Source: Selaginella moellendorffii (lineage: Eukaryota > Plantae > Lycopodiophyta). Taken from it: 40,298 nt of DNA. The stretch spans positions 181,129 to 221,426 of the forward strand of contig NW_003314396.1 in NCBI RefSeq assembly GCF_000143415.4. The letters are read 5' to 3'. This document shows, piece by piece, positions 1 to 12,500 of the stretch. The notes under the pieces are model-generated. The model was not told where the DNA came from, made no database searches, and saw only the letters and a program-made list of their open reading frames with translations. The position numbers and the translations under genes are program-made. Every line of letters starts with the position of its first letter. Within the stretch, counting starts at the first letter, position 1.

Positions 1-263
1 TGTTTGCAAAGGTTTGAGAGGCTCACGGCTTTCTCTGTGTCGCCATAGTTGTGCTCGATGATCAGCGAGAACAGGCTCAACGCCTTCCAGACTTACGTGG
101 GGAACAAATCCGCCAGCATCCGCCTGCGCAGGTGCATTTGGTAGATCGACGTGCTCTGCTCGGAAATGCGACGAGGATTGGGAGTGAAAGGCGAAGAGGC
201 TCTGATGGAGCGCACGACAGGGATGACGTCTCGGAAAATGAGGGGATTCACGTTGTCATCGAT

Positions 264-400
264 GACTAGAATCAAGGTTCTTCACTCTCTTGCTCGTTGC
301 CATTCTTTTTTCGAGTCTCTCAAGTCCCTGTTTGTTCCAGGTTCTCGAGGCTGGAACCACGACTAGAATCAAGGTTTTTCACTCTCTTGCTCTTCGCTAT
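264..400. repeat. 97-bp tandem repeat (about 1.4 units) with internal hairpin GTTCCAG...CTGGAAC
   Basis: GACTAGAATCAAGGTT starts at 264 and again at 361; the same repeat recurs at 31921-32100. Confidence 0.85.
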
Positions 401-446
401 TCAACTGGAAATATGGTTTTGATCATGTTTTGCTGGGATCGTGCAG

Positions 447-933
447 GGACGTACATCTGGAGCAAGCCTGTGATGAAAGGAACGCACCCTTCTCCTCGGG
501 ACAGCCACAGCCCCACGGCCGTCGGGTCTAAGCTCTATGTGTTTGGTGGTACCGATGGAACCAGCCCGCTAGATGATCTCTTTGTTTTGGATACTGGTAA
601 GCGAGTTCTATCAAATTTTTTTTCTTGTTCTTATCATCCAATGCAGCTACCAACACCTGGGGGAAACCCGACGTTTTTGGTGATGTTCCTGCTCCGAGAG
701 AAGGACATAGCACATCTCTCATCGGTGACAACCTGTTAGTGTTTGGGGGATGTGGGAAATCCAGCGATCCCTCAGAGGAGGAGTACTACAACGACCTCCA
801 TGTTTTGAACATGAGTAATATCCTGTTATCTTTCCTGGTCGCCTATTCCTCGGGATATCCATAATAAGAACTGTTGCATTGTCATGGGTGGCGAGAACGG
901 TGGTAATGCCTATCTATACGACATTCATATTCT
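447..933 (+). pseudogene. Kelch-repeat protein gene fragment, internally deleted
   Basis: Exons ~447-596 (WSKPVMKGTHPSPRDSHS...LYVFGG) and ~647-814 (PAPREGHSTSLIGDNLLVFGG) joined by a GT-AG intron. The third repeat (IVMGGENGGNAYLYDIHIL) lacks an acceptor and part of its sequence. No 5' exons; runs into an N-gap. Confidence 0.8.
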
Positions 934-1262
934 NNNNNNNNNNNNNNNNNNNNNNNNNNNNNNNNNNNNNNNNNNNNNNNNNNNNNNNNNNNNNNNNNNN
1001 NNNNNNNNNNNNNNNNNNNNNNNNNNNNNNNNNNNNNNNNNNNNNNNNNNNNNNNNNNNNNNNNNNNNNNNNNNNNNNNNNNNNNNNNNNNNNNNNNNNN
1101 NNNNNNNNNNNNNNNNNNNNNNNNNNNNNNNNNNNNNNNNNNNNNNNNNNNNNNNNNNNNNNNNNNNNNNNNNNNNNNNNNNNNNNNNNNNNNNNNNNNN
1201 NNNNNNNNNNNNNNNNNNNNNNNNNNNNNNNNNNNNNNNNNNNNNNNNNNNNNNNNNNNNNN

Positions 1263-1545
1263 TATTTGCAAGAAGATTCGTGAGGAGAAAGCAGCCAGAA
1301 TCATCAAGCAGCTGGTAAAGACCTTCAAAGAGATTTATTTGAGGGGCGTGGTTCACCAGAATCTCAAGCTCGACAACATTCTTTCCAAGCTAAACATGCA
1401 TGACAAGTGGTGATCAGCACCTTTAGGAGATATCACAACAGCGAAGTACATGGCAGCTGAGTTGTTGGAGAACAAGGATTGGAGCTCTACATGGCAGCCA
1501 TCGAAATGTGGGGGCTAGGAGCAATTTTATACAAGACGCTGGGAA
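1263..1545 (+). pseudogene. Degenerate Ser/Thr protein kinase fragment
   Basis: GVVHQNLKLDNIL (subdomain VIb-like), KYMAAELL (VIII-like) and IEMWGLGAILY (IX-like), separated by a stop and frameshifts; no DFG. Confidence 0.7.
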
Positions 1546-2035
1546 AGGGAGGATACCAGCCAATGGAAGCATTTGATCTCATGTGACAGGGGGCGACCTC
1601 TGTTTCGGATCCACGGCCAACATCTTAGAAAGGAGATCCTCTGCTGCAAACAAGCAAGGACCAATCAGGTTCAGGTTCGATCAGGTTCTGCAACACCCAT
1701 GGATTTGTCAAAAATTGCAGCATTAAGACCGACAAGCTGTGAAGGAGTGGTGTGAAAAGGAGTGCTCCCGGCCTTGAGAACAACTTGGGCATGAAGAAAG
1801 TTCAAGTGGCTTAAAAGAAAATGCCAGCAGTAAGTTCCTATTTCCTTTTCACCATTACTAACTTCATTTGCTTGCGTTTTTCTTTTTTGTATTCTCCGGA
1901 CATCAACATCTCTTATGTCTATGGCTGGAAAACATTTTCAGTGGCTGCCGAGAACAAATGCAGAATGAAAACAAGTTGGAACGAAAAGGAAAACGAGGGA
2001 GTTGAAATGTAAAGAAAGAATTGTAAAACGTTTAT

Positions 2036-2159
<124 letters not shown>

Positions 2160-4766
2160 CTGGAAGTTTCAAACCAAATAATGAAAAATATGCAGCTTAT
2201 TCACAATGAAATATTTTAGATACTGCTCAAGCAACGGAGATAAAAATCAAAAAACAAACACAATTCTAAATGCAATGAGCAACTAATGGGTGGTCTTGAT
2301 AAATTACTAAAAGAGATAAATCCCTATACTAATGCATTCACAATATTGTAAGAAATAGAGAATGAAGTGTTAAAATTAACAAATTTTAAAGGAGGCATAA
2401 ATGATATCGTAATACATATAAAAGGCAATTAGACAACTGCTCCAAGATAATATAATGCACTAGGTTCAAATGATTTTAAACATTTAGTTGTACAAAGATG
2501 GTATTCATTGATGAATTTTTTTATTATGTCTACTATGTACGATATATTTAAAACAAAAAATATGTTCAATATGTTTAAACATGTATTATCAAATCAATCA
2601 TATACTCTTTCTTCTATAGAATAAAAACTTTATAGAACAAAGAGTATCTGATTAATTCAATGCTACATTATTAAAATTAAACATAATTTTTTTACAAAGA
2701 TGGTATATAGTACACACAATAAAAGATATACTATAAAGTTAAAAGTAAATTAAGTAGTGATTATAGAAATGATATATTTTATAACTTAAAATAGAAGAGT
2801 TGAATAGCTCCAGCTATTATATCTTGTAAATAAGTTATACTTTTATCATAATCTTATGATTTTTAACTTTATGATATTGCACAAATATGAGACTATATCT
2901 AAGCTAAGAGACAACTCAATATGAGTAGATTCATTGATGAATGTGTAATAACTCTGTTATTTACACTAATAATTTATGCATTGATACATGGAAAACAGAT
3001 ACATAAAATATCACTGAGACAATATTAGACAAATACAAAAGGCTACCATCTTAAAAAATGTGATTCCTCATCACTTAAAAATTTTTTATTAATAAAGCAA
3101 TCAATGGACCTTTTTTTTATTTTCTGATATTTTATGGTTTTAGGAAAAAAACAATATTATGAATCATCAATACCATAATATCAGGATAAAAACATAACTT
3201 TCATTGAAATATTTTAGTCTCAATGTAAATTTATATAAAAATAAATTAAAAATAAAGGTAAAAATCTTAATTCATTTTAGCATTCTCTATATATAAAAAC
3301 ATATACACAAAAAAACTTAATGATATAAAATATAATACCTTAACCTTTAGATAGTACTTCTAAAAAGCATAAATGTAAAGAGTATTATGGGATAGGATAT
3401 CGAATACAAATATGGAAAAAATAATTCTAAAAAAAATATAATGTAATTTTAAGGAATATTTTTAAATATATTTTAAAAATTACTAAATATAATAAAAGAA
3501 AAAAAGTATCTAAATTAGAATATAAAAAAAGTAATTTCTATAAAAATATGATATTTTCTAACATAAAATAGAGGAGTTAATAGTTCTAGATATTTGTTGT
3601 GTAAAATATTTTCTCATTAGTAAACTTATGGTTGGCTAAGATGTAGTCTAAGATTTATATAATATCATAGATTTTCTACCACTTTATCCTACATTGCATT
3701 TATACATGAAAACATAATAAGGTATAAATATGATTGAGATAACATTAGTACATGNNNNNNNNNNNNNNNNNNNNNNNNNNNNNNNNNNNNNNNNNNNNNN
3801 NNNNNNNNNNNNNNNNNNNNNNNNNNNNNNNNNNNNNNNNNNNNNNNNNNNNNNNNNNNNNNNNNNNNNNNNNNNNNNNNNNNNNNNNNNNNNNNNNNNN
3901 NNNNNNNNNNNNNNNNNNNNNNNNNNNNNNNNNNNNNNNNNNNNNNNNNTTAATTTTAAATATAAAAGCATGAATAAAAATAAATAATATTATTATTTTA
4001 GATTTATAAAACTAAATACAGAAATAATGTTTATGATATATAATAGAATACTTTCTATTTTAAATATAACTCTCAAAATGCATGAATATAAATATTAGGT
4101 AAAAAGAGAGTATCAATGATAAATATGTAAAATATTAAAAGTTTTTAAAAGAAAATATAACACATAAAGCTAACGTCTTTCACTTATTATTATGCAATTC
4201 CAAAACTTTCAGTCTGAAATGATGGATAGAGAAACTCCATAACAATGTTTATATTTTTTAGATTTAAAAGATGTATGCACTTTAAGTGAGTTTTTAAATA
4301 TATATGAAATATATTTTTGACATCATTATAATTGAGTGTACCTAAGTAACACATACTTTATTAAGAGGAGTAAGTATATAGTTTAATAAATCATCAAATA
4401 ATAAGATTTTTATCAATTATATAGAGATTTCAAATAAAAGAAGAAATTAGTTAATAAAAAATGAGTCATCTGGCCATGGGATCCCACAGTGAGAAATTCC
4501 ATTTACAGAATATCCAAGACTTCAGTCAACAATCAGAATTTTAAATATTATATAATGCACTGAGTTAAATTTATTATGTTATGATGTTTGTTGGTGATGG
4601 AGTCAATTGTTGAAGATATTTTTAATATAAATATTATGTTATGTTTAACTATATATCTTATAATTATGATTATGTTAAAAATTACAAATACACTTACAAC
4701 TCTTTGAAATTATTAAAATATCAGAAATAAACACAATGCTCCCAGCGTAGCTGGGACTTTTGCTAG
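2160..4766 (+). mobile_element. Decayed Helitron internal region and 3' terminus
   Basis: Very AT-rich. Relic peptides LDKLLKEINPYTNAF (~2296-2340) and APR*YNA (~2440-2460) resemble the RepHel N-terminus. Ends with hairpin TCCCAGCGTAGCTGGGA (4740-4756) and CTAG (4763-4766) followed by T. Confidence 0.65.
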
Positions 4767-5172
4767 TCCTTCTATATTTAAAAGAGTAAGGGCGACATAT
4801 TCAATCGAGATTCTTTTCGAGCTTAATGGTGGAGATGAAAACACGTGGGAAAAACAGTTGAGAGTGGAACGCTTCACAAGTTTTAGGTTTTGTGTATTTT
4901 TTTGGAAGTGGAGCAACAGATTGAGGCTCACACTTGGATGAGCAGGAAATGAATTTTGGACAAGTGATCAAATTTCTGCAGTAGTGTGGTGGTGAAGCAC
5001 CTGAACATCAATTTCGAGAATTTCGATATGCACTGCACAGTACAGTCATATGGAGCATGGAGCATATTTCTGAACGTAGTCTGAAACTCTAAACCTCAAT
5101 CTTCTTATGAAAGGTACTAAAACTGTCTGTCACATTGCAGGAAACAAGCTTGCATACTTTCAGAAGGTTTTT

Positions 5173-5412
5173 TCAGGACTCTCCAAGAATGAACGTTGTC
5201 TCTTGGTACTTCTCAATTTGCTCCACCAGAGGCTTATCAACATCATCGCTCTCTACAAGAACAAATTCTGCTTTCACCTGTAAGTCAAGTGTTTCCTTTG
5301 AGTTTTCAGCAAGCCAATCGGACTTTGTAACGTCTCTAGACATTTTGCAGCTCCTGAGAAACGTTCGCTGTCTGGCCTCCTTGGTTGCCATATATGCAAG
5401 TGTTTCCTTCAA
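5173..5412 (-). pseudogene. USP-like (STK_N) domain fragment, as in plant U-box/receptor-like cytoplasmic kinases
   Basis: QVKAEFVLVESDDVDKPLVEQIEKYQETTFILG resembles the USP-domain 'E.DDVAKAL.E......LV.G' segment; isolated and truncated. Confidence 0.55.
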
Positions 5413-5812
5413 AACTTGCGAGACAGGTACTCTCCCAACCTACGCAATTTGTAAGGTGCAAGTGATGTTTCTAAAGAGTGACTTACCAGAATTTTGCAAT
5501 TGTTCGGACAACAGATCATACATGGAACAGTAGAAGCTCCCTGTTCCTCTCTACTGCATTTTCTAGCGTCTACTTGAGCACTACCCGAAAACGAGCATCA
5601 GGGACCAATGCAAAACTCCTTCTATTCCTGCAATTTACATAGCTGCTCCTTAACCTTTTCTTTGCATCCCCAGGAAATTTGGAACTCTAGAGAAAATGAT
5701 AGTCTAGAGCACATCGATGATTTAAGATATGCTTCAAGATGATTCCGTGTCTTGACTTTCTACTGCTTATTTTAAAGACAAAGTAACTGGGCAACAGCCA
5801 ATCAACAGACTT

Positions 5813-5900
5813 TCATAGTCTCCAGACAATCTCTGCAAAGGTGGGCTGTTGATCCGCTTTCTTATCCCAAGCAGCTTTGATCAGCTTTGATGAGCTCACG
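5813..5900 (-). pseudogene. Raf-like/TKL kinase C-terminal fragment (subdomain XI)
   Basis: LIKAAWDKKADQQPTFAEIVWRL resembles 'LI..CW...P..RPTF.EI..RL'. Confidence 0.55.
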
Positions 5901-6979
5901 CATACACTCAGTGCTTCTTTATGTGCGAGGTATGTGTCTCTACACGCATATTTTACTGCAGGAGTATGGCACCTTTGAGTCCCTTCCATGAAATAAGCTC
6001 CCTGGATCTTGGCAAGCATGTCAATTGTCACATTGAAAGGCAAGCTATGTAAGTGACTATCTAAATTGTTTCGGAAGATAAGTTCAAAAACTTCAATGGA
6101 TTATGATCCGGTAAATCCAATTGCCAATTCTATATCTCCAAAGCTAAACTTGTCTGAAATTGTATATCTTTGAATCTGCTGTCCTATTCCAGCTTGAGTT
6201 ACAGCTTTTGATTTATTCTCTGACCAGAACATCCTTAAAAGCACCGCACCAGTGCCAGAATTATGAATATGAAAGCAATGAGTGCTCCAATTCGAGTGTC
6301 CTCCTGCACTCACACAGCAACAGATCTAATGTTCATCACATATCTTGGTTGGCTTGTGCGCTCAATGACACTGACTGACAGACCATTTCAGTATTTCCTT
6401 TAGCAGATCCCAAACTGCAATCGAAGCATTGCTACTGTAAGAACAAAAATATTATTTTCTCTTGTGTTTTAAAGTTACTGCTGAGGTCATGGGAGCAGCA
6501 GCGCCTACAATTTTCAGACTCAAAGTAGGAGCAAGTAACTGATTTTCCATTCTCGCCCTGTTTCTTCTTGTTTGTACTGTTTTCTAGAAGATTAAGTGAA
6601 ACATTTTGTCAAGTATGCCTTGTAAACCTGATTGGAAGCTTTGCTCAAGATGAAAAAGAAAACACTCTCTGGCACTGTCCAGCTTCCAGTGGAACTGTGA
6701 AAATGGATCAAGTTTCTCTACTTCCTCATCTTATTGTGTCCAACTTATTGAATCGTGAGTGATTAGCAAGCTCTTTAAATTTATGATAACGAATTAAATA
6801 TACAAAATTTTAGGAGACCACTACTTCACTTTGGTTCTTTGGAATAATCCTGGTGAAAAACTTTGAGGCTTGCAAAAGTGAACACTCAGAAGCAATCACA
6901 TGTGGAAGCAGTGTTTGAAAACTGATTACATGGTCCTTGCATGTTTATGGTCTAGAAGTCTACCCCTTGTCCCACTTGT

Positions 6980-7290
6980 CCATTTTGATTCTTTGGAGGA
7001 TGAGAGCATGCAGGAGCTGGAAGACTACGCTGTTCAAAAGGCCGAGGAGACCACGGCTGCCAATTACAAAGCTCTCAATCTTGCTGAAGAGATCACTTCC
7101 GTCATGCTTCATGAGCAGGGTTCATCAGATCTCCCACACCCACGATACTGTTGTAGACATTGATCACGAACTTAGCTGAGTCAATGACACTTTCTATCTG
7201 ATTTCTCTTACCCATCACTTTTGAAAGTTTCATTGGATTCCATGGTGAGAAACTGCTCGGTAGTCTTGGAGGCCTTTTTTTGAGGACCAG
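6980..7290 (+). pseudogene. SNAP25-type (SNAP33-like) Qbc-SNARE fragment
   Basis: LEDESMQELEDYAVQKAEETT...LAEEI...VMLHEQG, frameshift, QISHTHDTVVDIDHELS, relic intron, GEKLLGSLGGLF. A deletion and frameshift are present. Confidence 0.85.
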
Positions 7291-8630
7291 ACTCATAACA
7301 TAGCAGGACCAATACTTTCTCTAGGTGATTCATTCAAGAGAAAAGCATATCATATGGCGCAAAGATCCACTTTGGGATTGAACTGGAGTAACTCCAGAGG
7401 TGTGACTCATCACACAGCAGCCCTTGCTGACTCATTGTTCATTTCTGGGTCACATCATCTCCAAAGCCTCATCTTTTGTCACCCTATTTTTGGTGGCTAT
7501 AACTTGGATATGTCCTCACTGCTCCTCTCAAGGGATGACATAACAGCATTTTTCTGGACCCAACCTATCATTGCTGGTTCCAGCAGAGACCTCTCTAGGA
7601 GTAGATAGTGTCTCCTAGATTTCCAATCCTTCTCCCGATGAGTAGCAGGCTTCCAGATTGAATGAGCAGTAAAATTTGCTTAGAACTTTCTACCATTACT
7701 CAACCCTGAGATACTCTTTGATCCTGGGAGCTGCCATGACCACATACTTCTTCCCCAAAGAAAACAATGTTGTGAAAGTAGGGCTTTGCAAGGGAACTCT
7801 ACTCTGGAAGCATTGAGAGGATAAAAACCAGCACCTCATGGGTACCTCTGCATGGTATCATTAGGTACCATGAATCTAAGCAGTAAGAAAGCTAGGAATG
7901 CAGCTAAGAGCATGAATGTTGGGCTAAAGGACCTGTTTCAAATGGCAAGAGCATGAATGGATATGTCAAGATTTGTGCTTGAGGTCGAGCACTTGCCATG
8001 CGGTCATGTCCTCAGTGGGGCAGGACATGGCTACGCTGTTGTTATTCATGCTTTTCTCTAACTGTTAAAAATATTTTCTACACTAAGAAGCCTTTCTGTT
8101 GGCAATATGGCACAGACCGATTGTGCTCCATAGAAGGTACAAGTCCTCCAAGGCTTCAAGGCTGCAATGCCTGCTTGGCTTCAATCAAAACTTGTCTGGG
8201 TAAGCTATGACAATCTAAAAACGTTAAATCTATTAACCACTTAAGTAACACAAGTTCAGGAAATATTATTAGAACCTCAAAAATGAACAAATATTAATTT
8301 ACATTAAAGTATATTATTATATCAGAAAACTAATTTACATTTACAGACTTTTATATCTACTTCCCATCAAAGCTGGGATCCCTGATTTTATTTCTGCTGG
8401 AATCCCTGCTAATTGTTTTTAAATAATTAAAAATTAAAAGCAAATTAATTATTTGTAAACTTGATTTCTCTTATAAAAGGCTTTGTGATTATTATTACTC
8501 TTATAGATTTTATAAATGCTCATGATAAATCTTAGAAGCATACAATACACACTAATTTATTCTATGTTGCACTATTAGCTATAACTTTTCTATCCCAGTA
8601 AAGTGTTTTCAAAGATTTATTTTGGTCTAG

Positions 8631-8656
8631 GCCAGCGGAGCTGAATTCCTTGCTAG
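8631..8656 (+). mobile_element. Helitron 3' terminus
   Basis: CAGCGGAGCTG hairpin, then TTCCTTG, then CTAG (8653-8656) and T; matches the other termini. Confidence 0.7.
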
Positions 8657-8799
8657 TAGGTCTATAAGCGATTAAATTTTCCATTCTACTTTAATCATTT
8701 AACCACGCCTTTGACCATCTTGAGGAATCTCACTCGCTTTACCAGGTTTGCAAGTCCTTCATGCCTTTTTAGTCATTTCTTTTTTGCACTAACTGGTTT

Positions 8800-9920
8800 T
8801 TTTCACAACAAGTTTGAGTCATAAAATCACGGACATCATGCAGCGATGGAGTTTGGTGGCCCTTCTGTGGAAATCTGCATTCATAGTTAAGTTCTTAAGC
8901 ACAATTCTCAGCAATGGAACTCTACCTCAGCTTCACAGAAATTGCTCAATGAAAAAGCAGCACTACTGAAAAACTTTATAAACTAAACGGCAAGGAATCG
9001 AGTGAGCATGCCAAGGAAAAGACTACACATACCTTGAGTGGTCATCACAGAGAGAGCAATAGGAGCGGCAGGAGACTGGACTGGTGCTGTATAGCATTTA
9101 AAAGGCTGCAAAATAGAGGTGAAGCACCAGACACCAAGAAAAAGAAAAAGAACTGAAAAAATGATCAAATGAACAAGCAAGGTAAGCCAGAAACTTGCTT
9201 AGAAATCTCTGCCGGCATGAACAACAAAGTTTCTTACCTTGTTACTACTACTGGTTGCTACTGAGACTTACAGCTTTGATTCTAAGCTGTGTCTTCTACA
9301 GCTTTTGTTTTTTCTCATGACCAACTTGAGCAAGAAAATCAAAAACATCATGCAGCAACCGAACCCGTGAGAAGTTGGTGACCCTTGTGCAGAAGCAGCT
9401 AAGTTCTCAAGTGTTGTGTCATAACTCTCAGGAATGGAGCTCTACCTCGGCTGCATTCAAAACTAAAGAATGATTGAAATCAGCAAACATGATGACAGAT
9501 GATGTACCTGCTCATAGAAGGTGTCCTTTTTTTTGTTGCACCAGTGCTACACACACTTTTGATGAGCATACTACCAAACACAAAAGAGAGAAAAAAAAAG
9601 AGAGGAAGAGCCAGAAACTCGCTTAGAACTCTCAGACGACACAGAGAACGTCCCTACCTTCAACCTGCCGCAACAAAAGCATGGGATTTCGGGATTCCCA
9701 GCCTCATCCTTTGCCTGCCAGATTCTACTTTCACCCTGCTGAGATTATAGTGATGGTGGCTTTGCAGAGTGATCCTTGTGATGGTGGTGATGCTGCTGAA
9801 CATGAAAAAACTGGTTTTGGATCAGCAGCAATGAGCTGGTTCCATTCTTATGGAAATGGGATTCGCCCAAACCAGCACCAAGTCTCTCGATGTCCATGTG
9901 TGGAGAACAAAGAACACAAC
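8800..9920. repeat. Two diverged tandem copies of a ~0.45-0.65 kb module
   Basis: Anchors AAATCAC/A..ACATCATGCAGC, AATGGA.CTCTACCTC.GCT and AGCCAGAAACT.GCTTAGAA occur in both 8800-9245 and 9260-9920. Confidence 0.75.
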
Positions 9921-11339
9921 CANNNNNNNNNNNNNNNNNNNNNNNNNNNNNNNNNNNNNNNNNNNNNNNNNNNNNNNNNNNNNNNNNNNNNNNNNNNNNN
10001 NNNNNNNNNNNNNNNNNNNNNNTCGCCATTCTCCCAAGGTTTAAACTCTACTCTCTACCAGGAAGTTTTCCCGAGCTCCTCCACCCAAGCTGTGATCCTC
10101 CACATACAGCCTAACCAGCAATTCACACAGCTTGTCTAGTGCAGAAGAAAGTGGTCATTCAAGTCCATTACTAATGTCAAATAATGTTGGAATTATCGAA
10201 GCATTCAAAACTGGATCAAAGTTTCTATTCAGTAACTGGCTCAGTAAGTTCTGCAGCACATGCAAGAGAATAGCCAGATGATTAACTGTAATTACAACCC
10301 ACATCTGAGCAGCATTCTTAGCTTTTGGTTCCAGAATGTTTTCTCACTTGGCAATATTGACATCAAGAGACATCACAACCTGTACATGAACAGTGGCACA
10401 TTCAATGCTCTGGGAGATATAGCATTTAAATTTATTAACTGATTAATAATACTTAGTAAGTGATTTATAAATTTACTGCTGGGATATATAGCATACCAAA
10501 GATAAATAGATCTTTTTTTCTAATTTTAAATTTTAGAAACATTTATTGTATAAAAGGTTAAATTTACCTAAACTTTTCTATTATTCATCTAGAGACTAAT
10601 GCACAATAATGCAATTAATGCAATTAGATAATGATGCATGTGTTAGGGAAAAGATCTTTATTTTATCATCATAAAATTTAAATTTGAATTTGTTTTTATT
10701 GCCTTTATAAATAGGTACACAACCCTAAACACATCCATGTTGTACCAAAGAATAATAGGTTTTGTAACTGGTTTGGTGAAGTTATAAATTTAATTGCATA
10801 CTGAGTTAACTTCTTTATTATCTAAACTGTAATGATGCCTTTAACATTCATAGTTTACTAAAGAATAATAGAATTATTATGTATCTTGTTTTGCATTTAA
10901 AAACATACACAAGTAAATTTATCCAGATTTCTACCACATTTATATTAAACCTCATAAGCCAGAAATAGAGAATGGTTCAATATTGAGAAATTATAAATTG
11001 ACAAAATCTAACAAATGTATAATAGTTCCTTGCAACACAAGAGGTAGTAAGATAATGTAATTTCTCTAAAAACGTTTTTATTATGAAATACTTTAAAAGA
11101 AATATTTGAGCTATAGTTATATAGTGTGTAAGAACCACTAAATGTTTCATACATTTTATATACATGAAAGAAAAACTGTCTCTTATTGGTTATTACTTTT
11201 GCCAAAAGTTTTGTTTTAGTGTTTTATGTATAAGGGATCTATAAAGTAAGCTGCTGATGCTTCTTTTTTACCTTTTTCTTTGTGTGTTGAGATTTGTTTT
11301 TATATAATAGATAAATAATATATATTTGTGGTTCTTACA

Positions 11340-11497
11340 CACATATATGTGTATATATATGTATATATATGTATATATATGTATATATATATATGTGTAT
11401 ATATATGTATATATATGTATATATATGTGTATATATGTATATACACATATATGTATATATGTATATATGTATGTATATGTATATATATATATATATA
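11340..11497. repeat. Compound (TA)n/(TATG)n microsatellite
   Basis: Seen directly. Confidence 0.95.
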
Positions 11498-11524
11498 CTA
11501 GCAGGGATCCCAACTCCGCTGGGA
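11498..11524 (-). mobile_element. Helitron 3' terminus abutting a TA microsatellite
   Basis: Minus strand reads TCCCAGCGGAGTTGGGA-TCCCTG-CTAG|TATATA. Confidence 0.75.
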
Positions 11525-11829
11525 GAAGTAGAGAATGTTTTCAATCTGAAAAATAAAATTTAGCAGGCTTTTTTGGTTGTGTTTATGTATTGAGTTTAAA
11601 AACGTTCTTTACTTCTCTCACTTGACTGGATATTTAATTGATATAGGTTTTTAGACGGTTTGGGTCTCAGATGTCCTTTGCTGTTAAAAGATGAAAAACA
11701 CTGTGTTTACAGAGCTCAAGCTTTTAGAAATAAAAAGAGAATTCATAGCATAACAAGGACCCAACAATGAGGTATAAGTCCTTCTCAGCTTCACATTGAA
11801 TCTTTAGTGTAGCATAGCGTGTTTATTCT

Positions 11830-12500
11830 ATAGACTGCTACTGAGGCTTAAAGCTTTGATTTCAATCTATGTTTTTATTTTAATTTTTATTTTGTTATTT
11901 CTCAAGCCCATTTTGAGCCACGAAATCACAAACATCATGCAGCTCCAATGCTACGAAAATTTAAATTCACAATGAAAATAGAATGGATTTTAGAGACTTC
12001 CTTGCCAGATTGTCTCGTTAAGTTCTGAAGTGTTGTGTAATAACTCTCATGAATGGAGTTCTACCTCAGCTGGATTTTAAAATAAAGGATGTTTGAAATC
12101 AGCAAACTTAAGAAAGGCAAGCAAATTGTAATTTCAGTGTAGATGATGTAATAGAAGCAGCAATAGATGCACTTAGATGAGTGTACTGCCAAAACACAAA
12201 GAGAAAAAAAAAATTGAAGAAGAAGAAACTTGCTTAGAACTCTCAGTTGGCACGAAGAACAAAGTTCCCTACCTTCAAACTGCTGCAACAAGAGCACGGG
12301 ATTTTGCCATTCCCAGTCTCGCCCTCCTCCTGTCAGGTTTTACTTTTGCCTTGCTGGGATTTTAGCGATGGTGGCTGAGTGTTCCTTGTGATGGTGGTGG
12401 TGCTGCTTATTATTGAAAAGCTGGTTTTGAATCAGCAGCGATGAGCTGTTTCAATTCTTCTGGAAATGAGATTCGTCGCCCAAACCAGTGCCAAATTTCT
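11830..12500. repeat. Third copy of the module at 9260-9920
   Basis: Colinear similarity, e.g. GCTACTGAG.CTTA.AGCTTTGATT, CCTTGTGATGGTGGTG.TGCTGCT and ATCAGCAGC.ATGAGCTG. Confidence 0.8.

Noticed and set aside
264-400. CRISPR-like palindromic repeat
   Set aside because: Units are contiguous with no unique spacers, the context is eukaryotic and there are no cas genes.
879-1356. Long ORFs spanning N-gaps (also near 3.7, 9.9, 31, 37 and 39 kb)
   Set aside because: Artefacts of translating N runs.
11268-11563. Tyr/Ile-rich ORFs
   Set aside because: Translations of the TA/TG microsatellite.
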